Shown here: in pieces, positions 13,001 to 26,154 of the stretch | How positions within the stretch are numbered: position 1 is the first letter of the stretch | Layout of the letters: every line of letters starts with the position of its first letter | Source of the DNA: Vicugna vicugna | Lineage: Eukaryota | Assembly (NCBI GenBank): GCA_013265495.1 | Contig: MU057989.1 | Coordinates: 635,513-699,512 of the forward strand | Direction of reading: 5' to 3' | DNA length: 64,000 nt | The notes under the pieces: model-generated | Databases searched by the model: none | Told to the model about the DNA's origin: nothing | What the model saw: only the letters and a program-made list of their open reading frames with translations | Translations under genes and position numbers: made by a program

Positions 13001-16000
13001 CAGTGGCCGTGGGGTGGGATGGGAGAAGATGGGAGGGGCGTTGGGAGGAGAAGCGACCAGACCTGGGAGTGAGTTGCACATGGAAAGTGAGAACGAAGGC
13101 GATGTTTCTGGAGCGCATGGTTGGTTGCTGGATGCATTCACAAGGTGGGGAACCAAGAAGCAGACTTGTGGGGGAGCTGACTCAGTCGATTTGAAGTCCA
13201 CCAGCGGGACGGGTGGAGTGGGCAGTGAATACGTGGGTCTGGAGCTCAGGAGAGAGGTCTGGGATACAGCACCAGGACTTTGAAAGGAATTGGAGCCCTG
13301 GGTGAAGGAAAGCTTCTAGAAAAGAGGCATCATTCAGGGGAAGATGGCCTAGGATAGAGCCCTGAGGAATACCATGTTCAAACAGAAGAACCAGCCAGAG
13401 AGGGGATATCTTGGTTCATGTATGTGTGTGTGTGATAAAATATAAAATTTTATATATATAAAATATAAAATTAAAAAAAAGCAGATAAGGCTCAAAGGTT
13501 AAACACAGAGTTACCATCTGACCCAGCAGTTCCGCTCCCAGGTGGACACACAAGAACTGAAGGCATACGTCCACACAGAAGCCTGTACATGAATGATCAT
13601 GGAAGCATTATTCACAACAGCCAAAAGTGGAAACAACCCAAATGTCCATCAACAGATGAATGGATAAACAAAATGTCTGTCCAAGCAATAGACTATTATT
13701 CAGTCATAAAAAGGAATGAAGTACTGATACATGCTACAATGTGGATGAACCTCGAAAATACACTAGATGGAAGACAGGCATCAGGCAAGATCAAGTATTG
13801 TATGACTTCATTTGTGTGAAATGTCCAGAATAGGCAAATCCACAGGGACAAACACTAGTAGACTAGTGTCTGCCCAGGGAGGCTGGGGACAGATGGGGAG
13901 TGACTGATAATGGGTACAAGGTTTCTTTCGGGGTGATTGAAAGGTTCTAAAATTGATTGCAGAGATGGTCACACAGCTCTGAATTTACTAGAAACCAGTG
14001 AATTGTACACTCAATAAAGCTATTATTTAAACAAAACAAAACAAAACCAGCTGATGAGTTAAAAATGTGCCTGCTGGCCTTAGAGCAGAGGAGGCTGTGT
14101 GCTGAGGGCACGAGCCCTGCCCCTGGCGGGCACCGAGGTTTCAGATCCCCCTGCCCTCTCACAGACCCTGGGAAGGCCCCACTTACTCGAGGCTGGTCAG
14201 GCTCGTGTTGAGCTGTAGTGCTTGTCCCAGGGCCTTGGCGGCGCCGGCCTGGATGAAGTTCCATTGCAGGCTGGGCAGACACAGACACGTGTCAGCATGT
14301 GACCCTCTCTGGTCAGAGCCCAGGAGGCCCAGGAGGCCCTGGGAGAGTGACAGAGGGGAGTGGGGTCCCTGAGGGATGGGGCCCTGGCCAAAACAGGCAG
14401 AACTCCTGCAGCCCCCAGGCTTGGTCCCGAGGGGTCAGTGTGCACTCTGGCTAGGAGAGGGCGCACGGACAGGCTCAGGTAGATCCCAAGTGGCCTCTGC
14501 AGGAAGCACGTGACAGGCCGAGGCACTGCGTGGGCACCCACCTCCCACCTCCCACCACTGTTCTCTCGGTGGGTCGGGCCCGGGAAGCAGAGTGGAGGGG
14601 CAGGGCACAGTCTACCGAGGCCCCAGAGACCACGTTGTGGGTGGGACCCCAAAGCCGGACTCGGGCTCCTGCATGCCCAGGTTTGAGTGTGACCCCGCAG
14701 CTCCGCCAGCGCACAGGGCGGGGTAGGGGCGCCGCAGACTCACTGAAGGGCCGTGAGGGCGTGGTTTTCTCTCACTGCCACCGCGATGGCCTGAGCACCC
14801 TGGTCGTGGAGGAGGTTGGCTGTCAGGCTGGGAGGGGGAAGACGGGGACAAGTGAGCAGGAGCCATGCAGCCCCTGTCTTTGCTCACTGGGGAAGCCAGA
14901 CCACCCCCCGCCCCCCGGCCCGGACGGCGTCTGTCTGCTGGGATTGCCCGGCTCACACGCCTGGAGCACTTTCACGTGCCAGGCGCTGTCTCCGGCACGT
15001 GCCCTGGACCATTGAACTGAATCCTGACGACCTCACAGGGCAGGGGACAGGCTCTGCTCAGTAAGGTTCTGTGACAGGTCACCTGCCTGGGGACTCACTC
15101 TTGACCCCTGTGCTGCGCTGTCCCTCCTGACCAAGCCCCTCTCATAGGCTCATACGTCGTGGGGGGCGGGGGGGTTAGGGCAGGGAGATTGTCGCCACCC
15201 ACTTCATCCCCTTATAATTTATGACATGAGAGAGGGGAACTTGGGTCAGGGCAACCATCAGACACCGAGCCTCCGGCTGCTCCCTCCCAGCCAGGCCCTT
15301 CTCCAGCCTCGTACAGGGGCCGGGGCACCGAGGCTCTGCCTGCTGGCTACCGACTCTGGTGGCTGAGGCCCTGGGTGGCACAGAGGAGCCTTAGGAAGCG
15401 CAGCCTGCACCCCTCCCCAACGTACTCCAGGCTCTTCAGGGTGCTGTTGGCGCAGAGAGCGCGAGCCAGGTCCTGGGCGCCCTCGGAGCTGATGGAGTTT
15501 TCTCGAAGGCTGAGGAAAGAGAGAACCCTGAGCTACTGACCGGACAGCTGAAGCCTCTGGGGAAGACAAGCCCAGGTGTTCAGGACGTTAGAACCCAGGA
15601 GCCACACGTGGGACCGGGGCTGAGGTTTGAAGAGGCTGCGCCAGGGAGCCCAGCTCCAGCGGCTTGCCAGCCGGGTGTCCCCCTCTGGGACTGTCAGCAG
15701 TAGGTCAGACGGTCCAGGAGGAAGAGGGTAAGACAACGGAACGTCAGAAGTGCGAGGGGCGGGCAGGCATGCTTGGGTGCCTAGAGGCTCGCCTGTAGGA
15801 AGGGGGCAGCGGGACCGGCCAGCTGACGGCCCCCGCCATCCCCTGCCTCGCCTGCCAGCAGGAAGAGTGCAGGATGCCAGGCTCCAGGGCCAAGCTGCCA
15901 ACCATAGGTCTTCCCCCGACAAGTCCGCGGGGGATGTGTGGGCTTCTCAGTGCCAGCCTTTCCTTCCAAGTCCCAGCGTCCCTTCAGACCCCCTGGCCAA

Positions 16001-19000
16001 AGGAATGCCCGTGGATGGAGAGGGAAGCAGGGACTTACTTGAGGCTGAGGAGTGTCTGGTTGGCGCAGAGGGCCCCCATCAGCGCCGCCACTCCTGAGTC
16101 ACTGATGGAATTGCTCTGCAGGCTGCAGACAGAGGACAGGGCACACTTGGCGTGGGTGTCTCGGGACCCGGAGCGAGCCCAGCCTGGGACTGCAGGCACT
16201 GAGTTCAACAGGGATTCGGGGGAGCTCTGTGCCGCCCCCCTACTGCTCCTCTCATCTCTGATACCCCTCCCGTCTACTGCAACTCCAGCCCCTGCTAGGT
16301 CGGGACCAGGGAGTCTATCTAGCACAACCAGCACCAAGGTTTAGACTCTGCCTTGATTTGGGTGGTTCCACACAGCTTCTGAGGGGGATGTGTGTCTGCA
16401 GCCCCTAGAGAAAGGGACACAGCGGAGTCTCCCATTGTGGGGGCAGCGCTGAGCTCCTCACTCCCCACCAAGGCCCTGGAGCCAACCCCATCTGCAGCCA
16501 CCTGTGCCAGCTCCCAAAGGGCACTAGGCGCTTGCCACTCTGAAAACTCCAGAACCAACACTGACCCCGACTGTCCAGGGAAAGGGAGCTGGTGGGTGCG
16601 CTGGAGGGAGAGACCCTTAAGATCACCATATGCCCAGCATTCGTGGTTGGTTGGGTTCTAACAGGGAAGCAGTCCTGACTTACAGCCCTCCTCCAGGACC
16701 CGTCCACCGGCTGGGTGGGGAACCCAGGTGGGGAGTCACCCTCTGCCCACAGCAACCCTGGAAGGTGGTTAGAGGCAGACTCACTCCAGGCTCTCCAGGC
16801 CCTGGTTCACCTTCAGGGCCTCCGCCAGGGCCTTGGCACCTCCATCACCAATGCTGTTACTGGAGAACCTGCAAGAGATGGGACATGGGTGGAGCAGCCT
16901 GGCAGGACGAGGCCAGGGGGTCAGAGTCCTGGGAAGCCCTCCAGGGAACCGCTGCCTCTGTGGTTTCAAGGGTGCCCGGTGCACAGTTTCTTCTGTCTGA
17001 AGCTGTCTGGCGGGGAGTCTCTGTAAGAGATCAAGGCAGCAAAGTCCTGCTTGACTCCCTGGTATGGGGCAGGGGCCAGGGCCAACCCTTTAGTGAGACG
17101 TATTTATGATACTTTATCTGAAGGTGACCAGAAAATGCTATTTTCTTCTGCCAGCTGAGAAGGCAGTAAATGTGAGCCTGTGACACTTGGGGCTCACTCA
17201 TTTCTGGAACTCTAGATCTCCATTCTCCTGGACCAGTGCTTTGGAATCCAAAACCAGCTGTCTTGTTACCCACACATTCATTCATCCATCTACTCACTCA
17301 CCCATCCACTCATCCATCCATCCATCCATCCATCCATCCATCCATCCATCCATCCATCCATCCCCATGTTCACAGATATTCATAATGGGCTGGGCATTGT
17401 GCCAGGCATGGAGGATACCAGTTTGGCCCTTCTGCATTTCTCACATGAGCTCCTTCAGACTCCTGTTCTGCTTCAGGGCATCTGCCATCTGCCGGGTTCC
17501 CACTGGCCCAATGGTGTTCTTCTGCAGGCTGTAGGAGAGAGGTCCTTCAGTAAAGCTGGCCATGGCCATTCCCAGGCCAAGGACAGTCTGGTTCAAGGTG
17601 AGAGGCCAGAGACTACTCAACTGTCATCTCCATTAATTGCAGCTTGTGGGGAGGGGTCTCCAGGAAAGGTCTGCAGATTATTGCCAAAGTATTGTCTATA
17701 GATTGATGTTACTATGTGAGGAGTAAGAGGCAAGGGCAGCTGGGCCCTCCCCTCTCAGGGGCCAGAAAACAGTGACGGGCAGACACATCGAGGAAGGTAG
17801 CACCTGCTGCAGGCTGTAAGTACCTGCTTGTCATACAGACGGAAGTTTTCATTTTCCTTAGAAAGCAGCAATCCAGATGGCTACCCAAAACAACAGGCAA
17901 ATCTGGGATAAACTCTGCATGACTAACGATGTTGTCCAGACCTCTTATGTGAGGACAAGCTGTGGTTTTTCCTAAAGATGCATGTGTAATGAGCTATATC
18001 TGCTTGGCTGCAGAAAAGGGTGAGACTCCTTTCTGTCTTTGCCATCTTGTTGGCAGATTTCCTCTGATGCTCACTGCAGGCTAGCTGAATGCTTACTCCA
18101 ATAATTCAGCTGTTTCCTACTTTCCTACATTTCTGGAGAGGATCTTTTGGGTTGGCAAGAGGCTTTATTTTTTTAAAATTTCCCCAACACAGTGGATACC
18201 CAGGGGCCAGGTTTTCCAGGGGCCATCCCGATGAACCAGAAGGCTTCAGGGCCTTGTCCCATCCATCCCTCCCTTACAGAAAACAGAGAGGCCCTCGGAG
18301 GAGGAAAAGAGAGAAGAGAAAACATTCTCTGCCAGCTGGCACGCCCACTCACTGTAGCACGGAGAGGGTCCGGTTGGCGGCCAAGGCCTCTGCCATGAAC
18401 CTTGCACCGTCGTCCCTGATCATGTTGCTCTGGAGGCTGTAGAGGCGGGGAAGGAGTGCATCACTGACGGAGCACAGGAGGGTGCCCACCACATGAGAAT
18501 CGGGGAACAACTGGCCCTCCCCACTGCTATGCTGGCCTTGGCTTTTCCTCTGGGTCTCTAAGCACTTGCCTGCAGACTGGGGACCGGTGCTCATGGTATC
18601 TGGACCACAATGATAAGGTCATCCATAGTTCTAATTACAGCTAAAAGCCACGGCACCCAAGAGTTGGTGAGGACGTGGAGAAATTGGAACCCTCACCCAC
18701 TGCTGGTGGGAATGTCAAATGACATGGCCTCTGAGGAAGACAGTCTGGCAGTTCCTCAGAAGGTTACACATAGGGTGACCATGTGACCTAGAAAATCCTA
18801 GGTGTCTACCCAGAAGAACTGAAAAAAGTTGCTCAAATATGTGTACACAGATGTGTACGGAACAATAGCCAAAAGGTGGAAACAACTGATGAATGGATAA
18901 ACAGCTTTGGTCTGTCTATCTAATGGAGTATTATTCAGCCATAAAATGGAATGAAATACACACGCTACAATGCAGATGAACCTTGAAAACACTATACTAA

Positions 19001-22000
19001 GTAAAGGAAGATAGACACATAAAGTCTTACTGTTTGATTCCATTTATATGAAATCTGCTGAATAGGAAAACATCCTGACAGAAAGTGGATTGGTGGCTGC
19101 CAGGGGCTAAGGGGAGGGGAGAATGGGGGGTGATTGCTGAGGGGTAGAGGGTCTCCTTTTGGGGTGATGTAAATATTTTGGAATTAGGTGGAGATGATGG
19201 TTGCACAACTGTGAACATACTAAATGCCACTGAACCACATACACTTTAAAATGGTGAATTTTATTTGAATTTCACCCAATAAAAATAAATGAGCAAAACA
19301 AAATGACACTCAACTAAATACACACTCAACTAAGGATGGATACAACCACTGGCTCCCACAAGGAGCACAGCAAGCCACACCAAACCATGGGAACCACCTG
19401 GAAGACTGGATTTCAGTGTCTTGGAAAACACCTCAGGGGACCATTCTGACACCTTGGCCTTTGGGATTTCGCCCTCAATGGAGGACAGGAAGTTTTCCTC
19501 ACAGATTATTCTTCCCTTCAAACCTCTACATACCTCCTCCTCTTCTCCTCTATCCCCTGCTGAGGCCATAAATCTGAGGACACAATGGCCAGGGAAGAGC
19601 TGAGCTTGCAAACTTGCTTAGGATACAAGATCCCCTGGTATCCACTGGGTGGGACCCAGTATCTCATGCTGCCATTTTGAATTATTGCTCAGTCCATGGG
19701 TGGCACCTGAGAAGATGGTTTTCTGGGCCATCAGAACACAGACAGAGACAGAGAGCGAGTGGCACATACCTCAGAGAGGTCAGGGTGCGGTTAATCTTCA
19801 GAGCATCTGCCAGTGCCTTGGCCCCTTGAGGTCCAATGGAGTTACTGCGGAGGCTGGCAGAGGAAGAGAGAGAACCATTTTCTTACCCAATTCCCAGGGA
19901 GGGAAGGTGGAACAGAAGTTACACTGACCTTTAAATCTATGCTTCTTGAAAGAATACATCAGGCTTTAGGATTTCATGTTTGGTGGAACTGGGGCAGAGA
20001 ACCTTAGTTAAGTGAACGAGGAAGGAGTTTCCCAAGATGGCCCCGTATGATGGAGAGAGGCAAAGCAGGATCTGATGGAATAGTTGGTGGGCTTGGGCCA
20101 GGTGTGAAGAGGAGATGATAACACCAGGTTCAAGGCCAAAATTCTGATGCTTCACTGGGTGAGTCTCAACAGCTGAGCAGGAGCCAAGACTTTGCTTGCT
20201 CAGCTGTCCTTCCAGCCCACCCAGGGGAGAGTAAGATCTCGGGGACTTTACAAGATGGCTCAAGCTCTCTCTGTCCCAGTGGTGAAGGGTCCTACTTACT
20301 CCAGAGTGGTCAGACTTCTGTTGACGAGGAGGGATCTGGCCAGAGCTTTAGCCCCTTTGTTACTGATCTGGTTCTCACCCAAGCTGCCCAGAGAAAGAGA
20401 GAGGAGTAGTTAATGCAGGTCTACAAATCTCATCACCTCTTCTGCAACACCAGTCCTGTGATCTAAACCCCTTGGCCTCTGTGGCATCATCAGGGCCTGG
20501 ATACAGGTGGAGATCAGGTCCAGGAAAGCCTCTGAGTTGAGCAAGGTAGGGCCAGAGTGGGCAGACAGACCCTCACGCTAACAAAGGGTCCCAGGGAGAA
20601 GTCTGACCAGAATCCAGCACAACCACTTCTACACAAACAGTGCAGCAGAGAGTATGGGCAATGACTGAAGACTTCCACTTGGATCCCAGCCACTGGTATG
20701 CCGGAAAACCAGCTCTTGGGGAAAAACAAAATACAAAAATCCTGATTTGTAGCGTTGGCTAATTTCCACAGTGTGAATACTCTCACCATGGCCAATTTCA
20801 AGCACTCTCAGCTCGTAAAAATTCCTGAAAATTTAACAATCGCTCTCATGAACTGGTGGCTGAACTCACAGCTCCAGCACACTCCTGGCCCCAGCCCTCC
20901 CTCTAATGCAAGAAAGGGAAGATGCTAGAGTTATTACAAAACTAACTTGAAAGTCACAAAGTGTACATCTGTGACCGCCTTGCAAGGGCATCCCAGGAAC
21001 ATGCTGGTGGATCAGCCTAGCATAGCTTCATGTGCCCAGTTTCAGAAGTGGTATCTGCTGAGGTTCTTTAAAAATGAGGGGCAGCCCCCTGGGAAACAGA
21101 ATCCCTGGGGTTTTTCAAGGTTTTCAGAAAAGCTTCTGGAGCCACCAGGAAGCTGAGGGGGAACAAAGTGCCTGGCTCTGGGTCCCCTCCCCTCTTCTTT
21201 CAATCCCAGCAGTGCCCCCATTTGTCTGTCTTACTTATTGTGGTTCTGCCAGATATGTCTTTAAAAAGGCATTCTATTACTTAAAAAAAAGTTTGGAGAC
21301 CATTCATCCAGACCACCTTGTATATAAATGTTCTCAAGTTCTGGAGCCTCTGTCCCCATGCCCCAGCACCAAGACTTCTGTAATATTTTACAGGCAATAT
21401 TTCGTAAGCCACATATGTCTTCTGAAGAATGCCTTGGACATTTCAAACAGGGATGTGGCACAGAGGACCAACTATAGACAGGTGTGAGAAAGCACAGGGC
21501 CAGAGAAGAAATTTTTGGTTTTATTCATAGAGAAATCTGAGCACTCTCTTGGAATCTCCTTAAAGCGAAACACGGAAAGTTAGCTATTTCTTTGAAGGAT
21601 CCCATGAAGGAGAATATATTAATAGTGAGAAGTTGTCATTATTATGGTTTTTTTTTAATGGGATTGCGTTTGTGTCTCTGGCTAACAAGACAAGAGAATC
21701 CTGCTAAGAACAGCCGGTCCTTACACGGTGCTTCCTCTATGCCTGTCCTGTCCTGAGCACTTTCCTTGAATTAACTCATGAAAACCCTAAGAGGCAAGTG
21801 CAGTAGAGGCTTAACCTTGGCTCCTGCTCCTGACAGGTGTCCTCTACGCCCTTGGAATGCCCTACCTGGTAGGAATGTGTCTGTGTATCTGGGGGCCTTG
21901 GGCTTTGGTGGGTAGTTTATCTCATAGTGTGACTCAGGGTCATGCAGTGTCAGCTTGACCTCAGGAGGGGCCGGAGACTCAGGTCAGCATGCGGTGGTCA

Positions 22001-25000
22001 GGTGTGTCTTCATGACTGACCTCCTAGTAACAACTCTGAGCACCAAGGCTTGGGCGGGCTTCCCTGGTCGGAATGTTCCATGCTGTCCACGTCATCTGTG
22101 CAGGCAGTGCTATCTGCACAACTCCACTGGGAGGGGACGGCTGGAGGCTCGGGCTGGTCTCTGGGACCCTGCCCCATGGGCCTTTTCCCTTTGCAGATTT
22201 TAATCTGTATCCTTTCAATGTAATAAACCATAACTGTGAATATAATGGCTTTTCTGGGTTCCATGAGTTCACTGAACCTGAGAGTAGTCATGGGGACCCC
22301 TGAACTCACACCATTTACCTGCACACAGGTGTCTAGACAAGGTCATACCGAGCTCACCACTCTAATCACGATCCTCAGTGACATACTTTTCATTCCTAAC
22401 TCATTCTGTATTTTTATTTCCTCAAATAAAGATTATTTTAGAAGCTGGAGGCTTGTGTGAGGATGAGAAATTACCCTCTGGGACCTTTTCTCCAAACTCA
22501 TCACCCTAGTTCTTCTAAAGCCACCTGCAGGTCATCACATCTATTCAACTACAAATCAGGGTGCTACTCAGACTCCGATGTGTTAGTTACAGGAGAGATT
22601 TCGTAAGCAAATAGATCTATTCTGCAGTCAGCACATCAACTTGCATCTAATTACAACATCAAACATGCAATGTTTACATTAAATATTTTTTAATTAATGA
22701 AAATTAATTTATTGAATTAAAACATTTTGGATTTTATTTAAAGATGCAATCCCATGCCCAGAATACTGTTTGAAGGCAAACTTTGAGAGGAGCTTAGAGT
22801 AAATCAGGCCTGGTGTTTGGAGAAATGATTCTGCGTCTGCAGTAGCGTCTGACCCTTACCACATCCTTTACCTTTTCCTACAGATGAGGTACCTGAGCCT
22901 CTGGAACATTCTGGAATGGGTAGAAACAAGCAGCCTGTATCCTGAGCCACACACCTCAAAGCACCTCTCCTTGAAAGCACCATTTGAGCAGAGAGGAGGG
23001 TGTGAAAGGGGCCCAGAGCCCCAAGAGACAGGTGGGCACACCAGGTGGGGTCTCCTGGCTTGGTGTTACCTGATCCTTTGAATGCGACAGTCCTTCCCAC
23101 TCAGCACGCTGCCCAGCAGCTCCATCACAGGGTCCTTGAACTGGTTGGTGTCCAGCCTGGTCGGAGAAACGGTGATAGTGAGTGGTAGTGCCACCATGGG
23201 CAAAGGGCTGGCATCAGGGCAGTGGAGGGGGCCCTAAGCTCAGACACTCAGGCTGGGATCCTCTCCCTCACCCTCCTCTCCATCCCAGTGAGCCCCCACC
23301 GTGAGGCCTAGAGATCTGGGCCAGCACACCCACATGCTCAGAGGTTTCCTATGAGGGTGACCTGGGGACACTCAGTGGCCTGAGCCCTGGACTTCCTACC
23401 TGGAGGGTAGTCTTCCAGAAGCCCTGCCTGCACACCATGTGTCTGCAGAACATCAGTTGCTAGCTCTCCTTTTTCTGAGGATGTGGAAGATACTCTGAGG
23501 TCTGGAGTGGCCCTGGCCCTACAACCCCCTGCCCAGTAAGGTCCGGAGAGTGGACAAAGGATAATGGGCGGAGGGTGGAGTGAGTGGGTGTGGCCTCTGT
23601 CAGCACTGGGGTGCTTCACAGGGTGTTTTGGTCGAACTGTGTCCTCCCACAAGATAAGGTGGAGTTGTAACTCCCTAGTGCCTCAAGAATGAGATTTGGA
23701 AATAGAGTCACTGCAGAGTAATTAGTTAAGACGAGGTCATACTGGAGGGGGTGGGCCTGTAATCCAGTATGACTGGTGTCCTCACAGGACAGGAAAGCTC
23801 TGCATGAAGGTGGCCATGTGACCACACAGGCAGCAATGCCCACTGGAGAGATGCGTCTACAAGCCAAGGAATGCTGCAAACCCCCAAAGCTAGAGAGGCC
23901 AAGAAGGAGCCAGGGATCCCCCCCTGCAGCCTTCAGAGGGACCAGAGCCCTGCTGACACCTGGTTTTGGACTCTGGCCTCCAGAAGGGGATAAGTTTATG
24001 TGGTTTTACGCCATCTAGATCATGGTCCTTTGTTATGGCTGCCACAGGACATGGACACAGGGGACCTGGCTTCCAGGAGGAGACTTCCAGGTCCAAGCTC
24101 TCTCCTCTGCCCACACCTGCCCTGCGTGGCCCCACCCTGCACCCACCTCAGGCTCCGGCAGTGGAGCAGCTGGGGCAGCAGGCTCTGGAGGACACCCTGG
24201 CTGAGGCACAGGGGCAAGCTGGCCTCCTGGGCACGGACATCAGACACCTGCAGGAGGTAGGCCAGGGCAGCGCAGTGCGGGCGGCTGGTCAGCCTGGCCA
24301 GGGCCCCGCTCTCCACGGCCTCCTCCACGCTGCGGGTCAGTTCCGTGTGCTGCAGCTCGTGCAGGCAGTGCAGGATGTTGACCGCCCGGGCGCAAACCGC
24401 CCCGTCGGGGCGCAGGCAGCCCTGCAGGAGCTCAGCCACCTGGGCCCGGTAGCCCTGGTGCTCGCCTTGGGTCAGCAGGGAGCCGGCCAGCAGGGCGTTG
24501 ACCCTCGGAGACAAGAGGCCTGAGAGGAAGCGCAGGAACACATCGAGCCGCCCGTCCTCGACCTGCATGGCCCGCTGGGCTGCGCTCCTGAAGTGCGTGA
24601 GGAAGCCAAGCCGGGGCCAGGACATGCCCCCCTCGGTGAAGAGGTCAAAGATGGCCCTCCTGGACGCGCTGTAGTAGTACACGGCCGCCACGAACTCCTG
24701 CAGGGACAGGTGCTTGAAGTAGTAGGTCACTGAGGAGGCCAGGGTCTCCTCCCGCTGCAGGAGGCAGCCGCACAGGGCGGTCTGCAGCAGGGCGAGGTCC
24801 ACGCCGAAAACCTTCAGGTCTGGCTCGTAGAACACGTACTTCTTCCTGACCAGCCCGTGGAAGGCCAGCCGGCCTAGCGTGCCAACCACTTTGCGGCCGC
24901 CCTGGACCAGCTGCTCGATGCGGGGGCTCGCCTTGCCCTTCTCCTGCGCCTCCCCGCTGAGGGCCATCCTGAAGTACCAAGAGTAGAGCTCACACAGGGT

Positions 25001-26154
25001 CCTTGGAGGCCACAGCTCTGCATCTGGCAGCCCCAACCTGCTGCGGTGCAGGTGGCCCAGTGCCAACCCCGCCAGACGGCAGAAGGCTGGGACAGTGCAC
25101 ATCAGGTACAGGGCCCTGTCTGCCTGCACCTGGCTCAGCACCCAGCCCGAGAGGACTGGGTCCTCGGGGAACATCTGCTCCAGGCACATCTTGATCTCCT
25201 CCTTGTTAAAGCCCCGGATCTCAGTCATCCGGTCCACCAGGCCGCCTGGGATCTGGCCGGCTGCACTGGGGCGGGAGGTGACCCAGACGGATACTTCCGG
25301 GAAGAGGTTGCCCCGGATGATGTTGGTGATCAGGTGGTCCACCTGGATTTCCTTCCTGGGGTCTGTGCAGGCCACAGTATTGGAGAAGTCCAGGGGTGTC
25401 TTACACTCATCCAGACCATCCAGGACCAGGAGGACCTTGGTTAGGGCTGCTGATGCCAAGCCAGTCTCCCCAGCATGCGGGAAGATGGAGCGGACGAGTC
25501 TGTCTGCAGACAGCTTCTCATGGGTGTTGAGATCCCGGAAGGTCAGAGGCAGCACCAGCGAGAAGTCCTTGCCCACCTGTCCCCGGGCCCAGAGGTGGAC
25601 GAAGTTCCTCACCAGGGTGGTCTTGCCCACACCAGCCACCCCGATGGTGATGGAGATGCGGGGCGGGATGGACACCCGTGACAGAGGCAGGAAGAGCCTG
25701 TCCAGGGTAATGGTCCTGCTGGAGCACCAGCCCCCACGTGTGGCCTCCACCTGCGTGAAGTCGTGTTCCCTCAGCTGCAGGTCTGTCAGGCCCTCCACCA
25801 GCAGGAGGCTGGTCAGCCTGGGTGAGGGGCTGTCCAGCTCTTGGCCACCTCCCATCCTGTTCAGCAGGGCCTCTCGGTGCCTCTGTATCCTTAAGTCTGC
25901 AGAACAGAGGCCAGAGGGAGGGGAGGGGAAAGGGAGAGGGGAAGAGGGCCCAGGCACCCCACTCCAGGCTATTTACCACTGCCGTGGGGCCTCAGTGGGG
26001 ACTCTGGTGTCCTGTTGGGGGGCTGCGGGGCCTGGGAGCCCTGACCACCCTTGCCGGCCAGCAGGTCCACCAGTGCTTTGACCTGCTCGGCTGGGGAGCC
26101 GGCCCCATGGCCCTGGCCAACCTCCCCGCCTGTCCGCACCTCCTGCTTCCTCAT
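9949..26154 (-). CDS. NLRC3: NLRC3 (NLR family CARD domain containing 3), complete CDS, 17 coding exons, 1065 aa
   Basis: 178+1750+87+13x84+91=3198 nt; starts [13 protein letters not shown] Walker A GVAGVGKT and Walker [10 protein letters not shown], LRRs, ends NAPSCTVEM*. Confidence 0.98.
10357..10440 (-). CDS. NLRC3: NLRC3 LRR exon (84 nt)
   Basis: [28 protein letters not shown]. Confidence 0.95.
10756..10839 (-). CDS. NLRC3: NLRC3 LRR exon (84 nt)
   Basis: [28 protein letters not shown]. Confidence 0.95.
11478..11561 (-). CDS. NLRC3: NLRC3 LRR exon (84 nt)
   Basis: [28 protein letters not shown]. Confidence 0.95.
11988..12071 (-). CDS. NLRC3: NLRC3 LRR exon (84 nt)
   Basis: [28 protein letters not shown]. 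Confidence 0.95.
12740..13400 (-). mobile_element. L2 remnant
   Basis: L2-like purine-rich segments (gggtctggagctcaggagagaggtctggg). Confidence 0.55.
13495..14030 (+). mobile_element. L1M(B)-type 3' end fragment
   Basis: Translates to [19 protein letters not shown]...[11 protein letters not shown] (L1 ORF2 C-terminus-like) followed by 3' UTR. Confidence 0.85.
14187..14270 (-). CDS. NLRC3: NLRC3 LRR exon (84 nt)
   Basis: [28 protein letters not shown]. Confidence 0.95.
14744..14827 (-). CDS. NLRC3: NLRC3 LRR exon (84 nt)
   Basis: [28 protein letters not shown]. Confidence 0.95.
15426..15509 (-). CDS. NLRC3: NLRC3 LRR exon (84 nt)
   Basis: [28 protein letters not shown]. Confidence 0.95.
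16039..16122 (-). CDS. NLRC3: NLRC3 LRR exon (84 nt)
   Basis: [28 protein letters not shown]. Confidence 0.95.
16785..16868 (-). CDS. NLRC3: NLRC3 LRR exon (84 nt)
   Basis: [28 protein letters not shown]. Confidence 0.95.
17278..17362. repeat. (TCCA)n / (CATC)n tetranucleotide microsatellite
   Basis: Read directly from the sequence. Confidence 0.95.
17445..17528 (-). CDS. NLRC3: NLRC3 LRR exon (84 nt)
   Basis: [28 protein letters not shown]. Confidence 0.95.
18353..18436 (-). CDS. NLRC3: NLRC3 LRR exon (84 nt)
   Basis: [28 protein letters not shown]. Confidence 0.95.
18645..19290 (+). mobile_element. L1M(B)-type 3' end fragment
   Basis: gttggtgaggacgtggagaaattggaaccctca...actttaaaatggtgaatttta. 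Confidence 0.85.
19770..19853 (-). CDS. NLRC3: NLRC3 LRR exon (84 nt)
   Basis: [28 protein letters not shown]. Confidence 0.95.
20300..20383 (-). CDS. NLRC3: NLRC3 LRR exon (84 nt)
   Basis: [28 protein letters not shown]. Confidence 0.95.
20691..20888 (-). mobile_element. MER63A-like hAT DNA transposon
   Basis: ctgatttgtagc..ggctaatttcc..gtgtgaatactctcaccatggccaatttcaa; aaattcctgaaaatttaacaatcg. Confidence 0.7.
21803..22310 (+). mobile_element. MER21-like solo LTR
   Basis: tttaatctgtatcctttc..tgtaataaaccataactgtga..ataa...ggggacccctgaactcaca with LTR poly(A) signal. Confidence 0.75.
23070..23156 (-). CDS. NLRC3: NLRC3 LRR exon (87 nt)
   Basis: [33 protein letters not shown]. Confidence 0.95.
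23622..24056 (+). mobile_element. MLT1 (MaLR) solo LTR
   Basis: ttggaaatag..tc..tgcaga.taattagttaag..gaggtcatactgga; gccaaggaatgc; ccctgctgacacc..ttttggact.tggcctccagaa. Confidence 0.85.
24147..25896 (-). CDS. NLRC3: NLRC3 NACHT exon (1750 nt)
   Basis: Inside ORF 24020..25957; Walker [11 protein letters not shown] motif; ctgcag|AC...CTGAG|gtgggt. Confidence 0.98.
25977..26154 (-). CDS. NLRC3: NLRC3 first coding exon (coding part; acceptor 24 nt upstream, exon starts at 26178)
   Basis: [36 protein letters not shown]...RPHGS; donor G|gtaaat; acceptor cttcacag|. Confidence 0.93.

Noticed and set aside
12542..13201. 219-aa ORF
   Set aside because: Lies mostly within a decayed L2 remnant
10357..20383. 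Regularly recurring 84-nt units as a repeat array or CRISPR-like structure
   Set aside because: They are spliced LRR exons with irregular intron spacing in a mammalian gene
25095..26081. 328-aa ORF on the + strand
   Set aside because: Antisense shadow of the GC-rich NLRC3 NACHT exon; no recognisable domain
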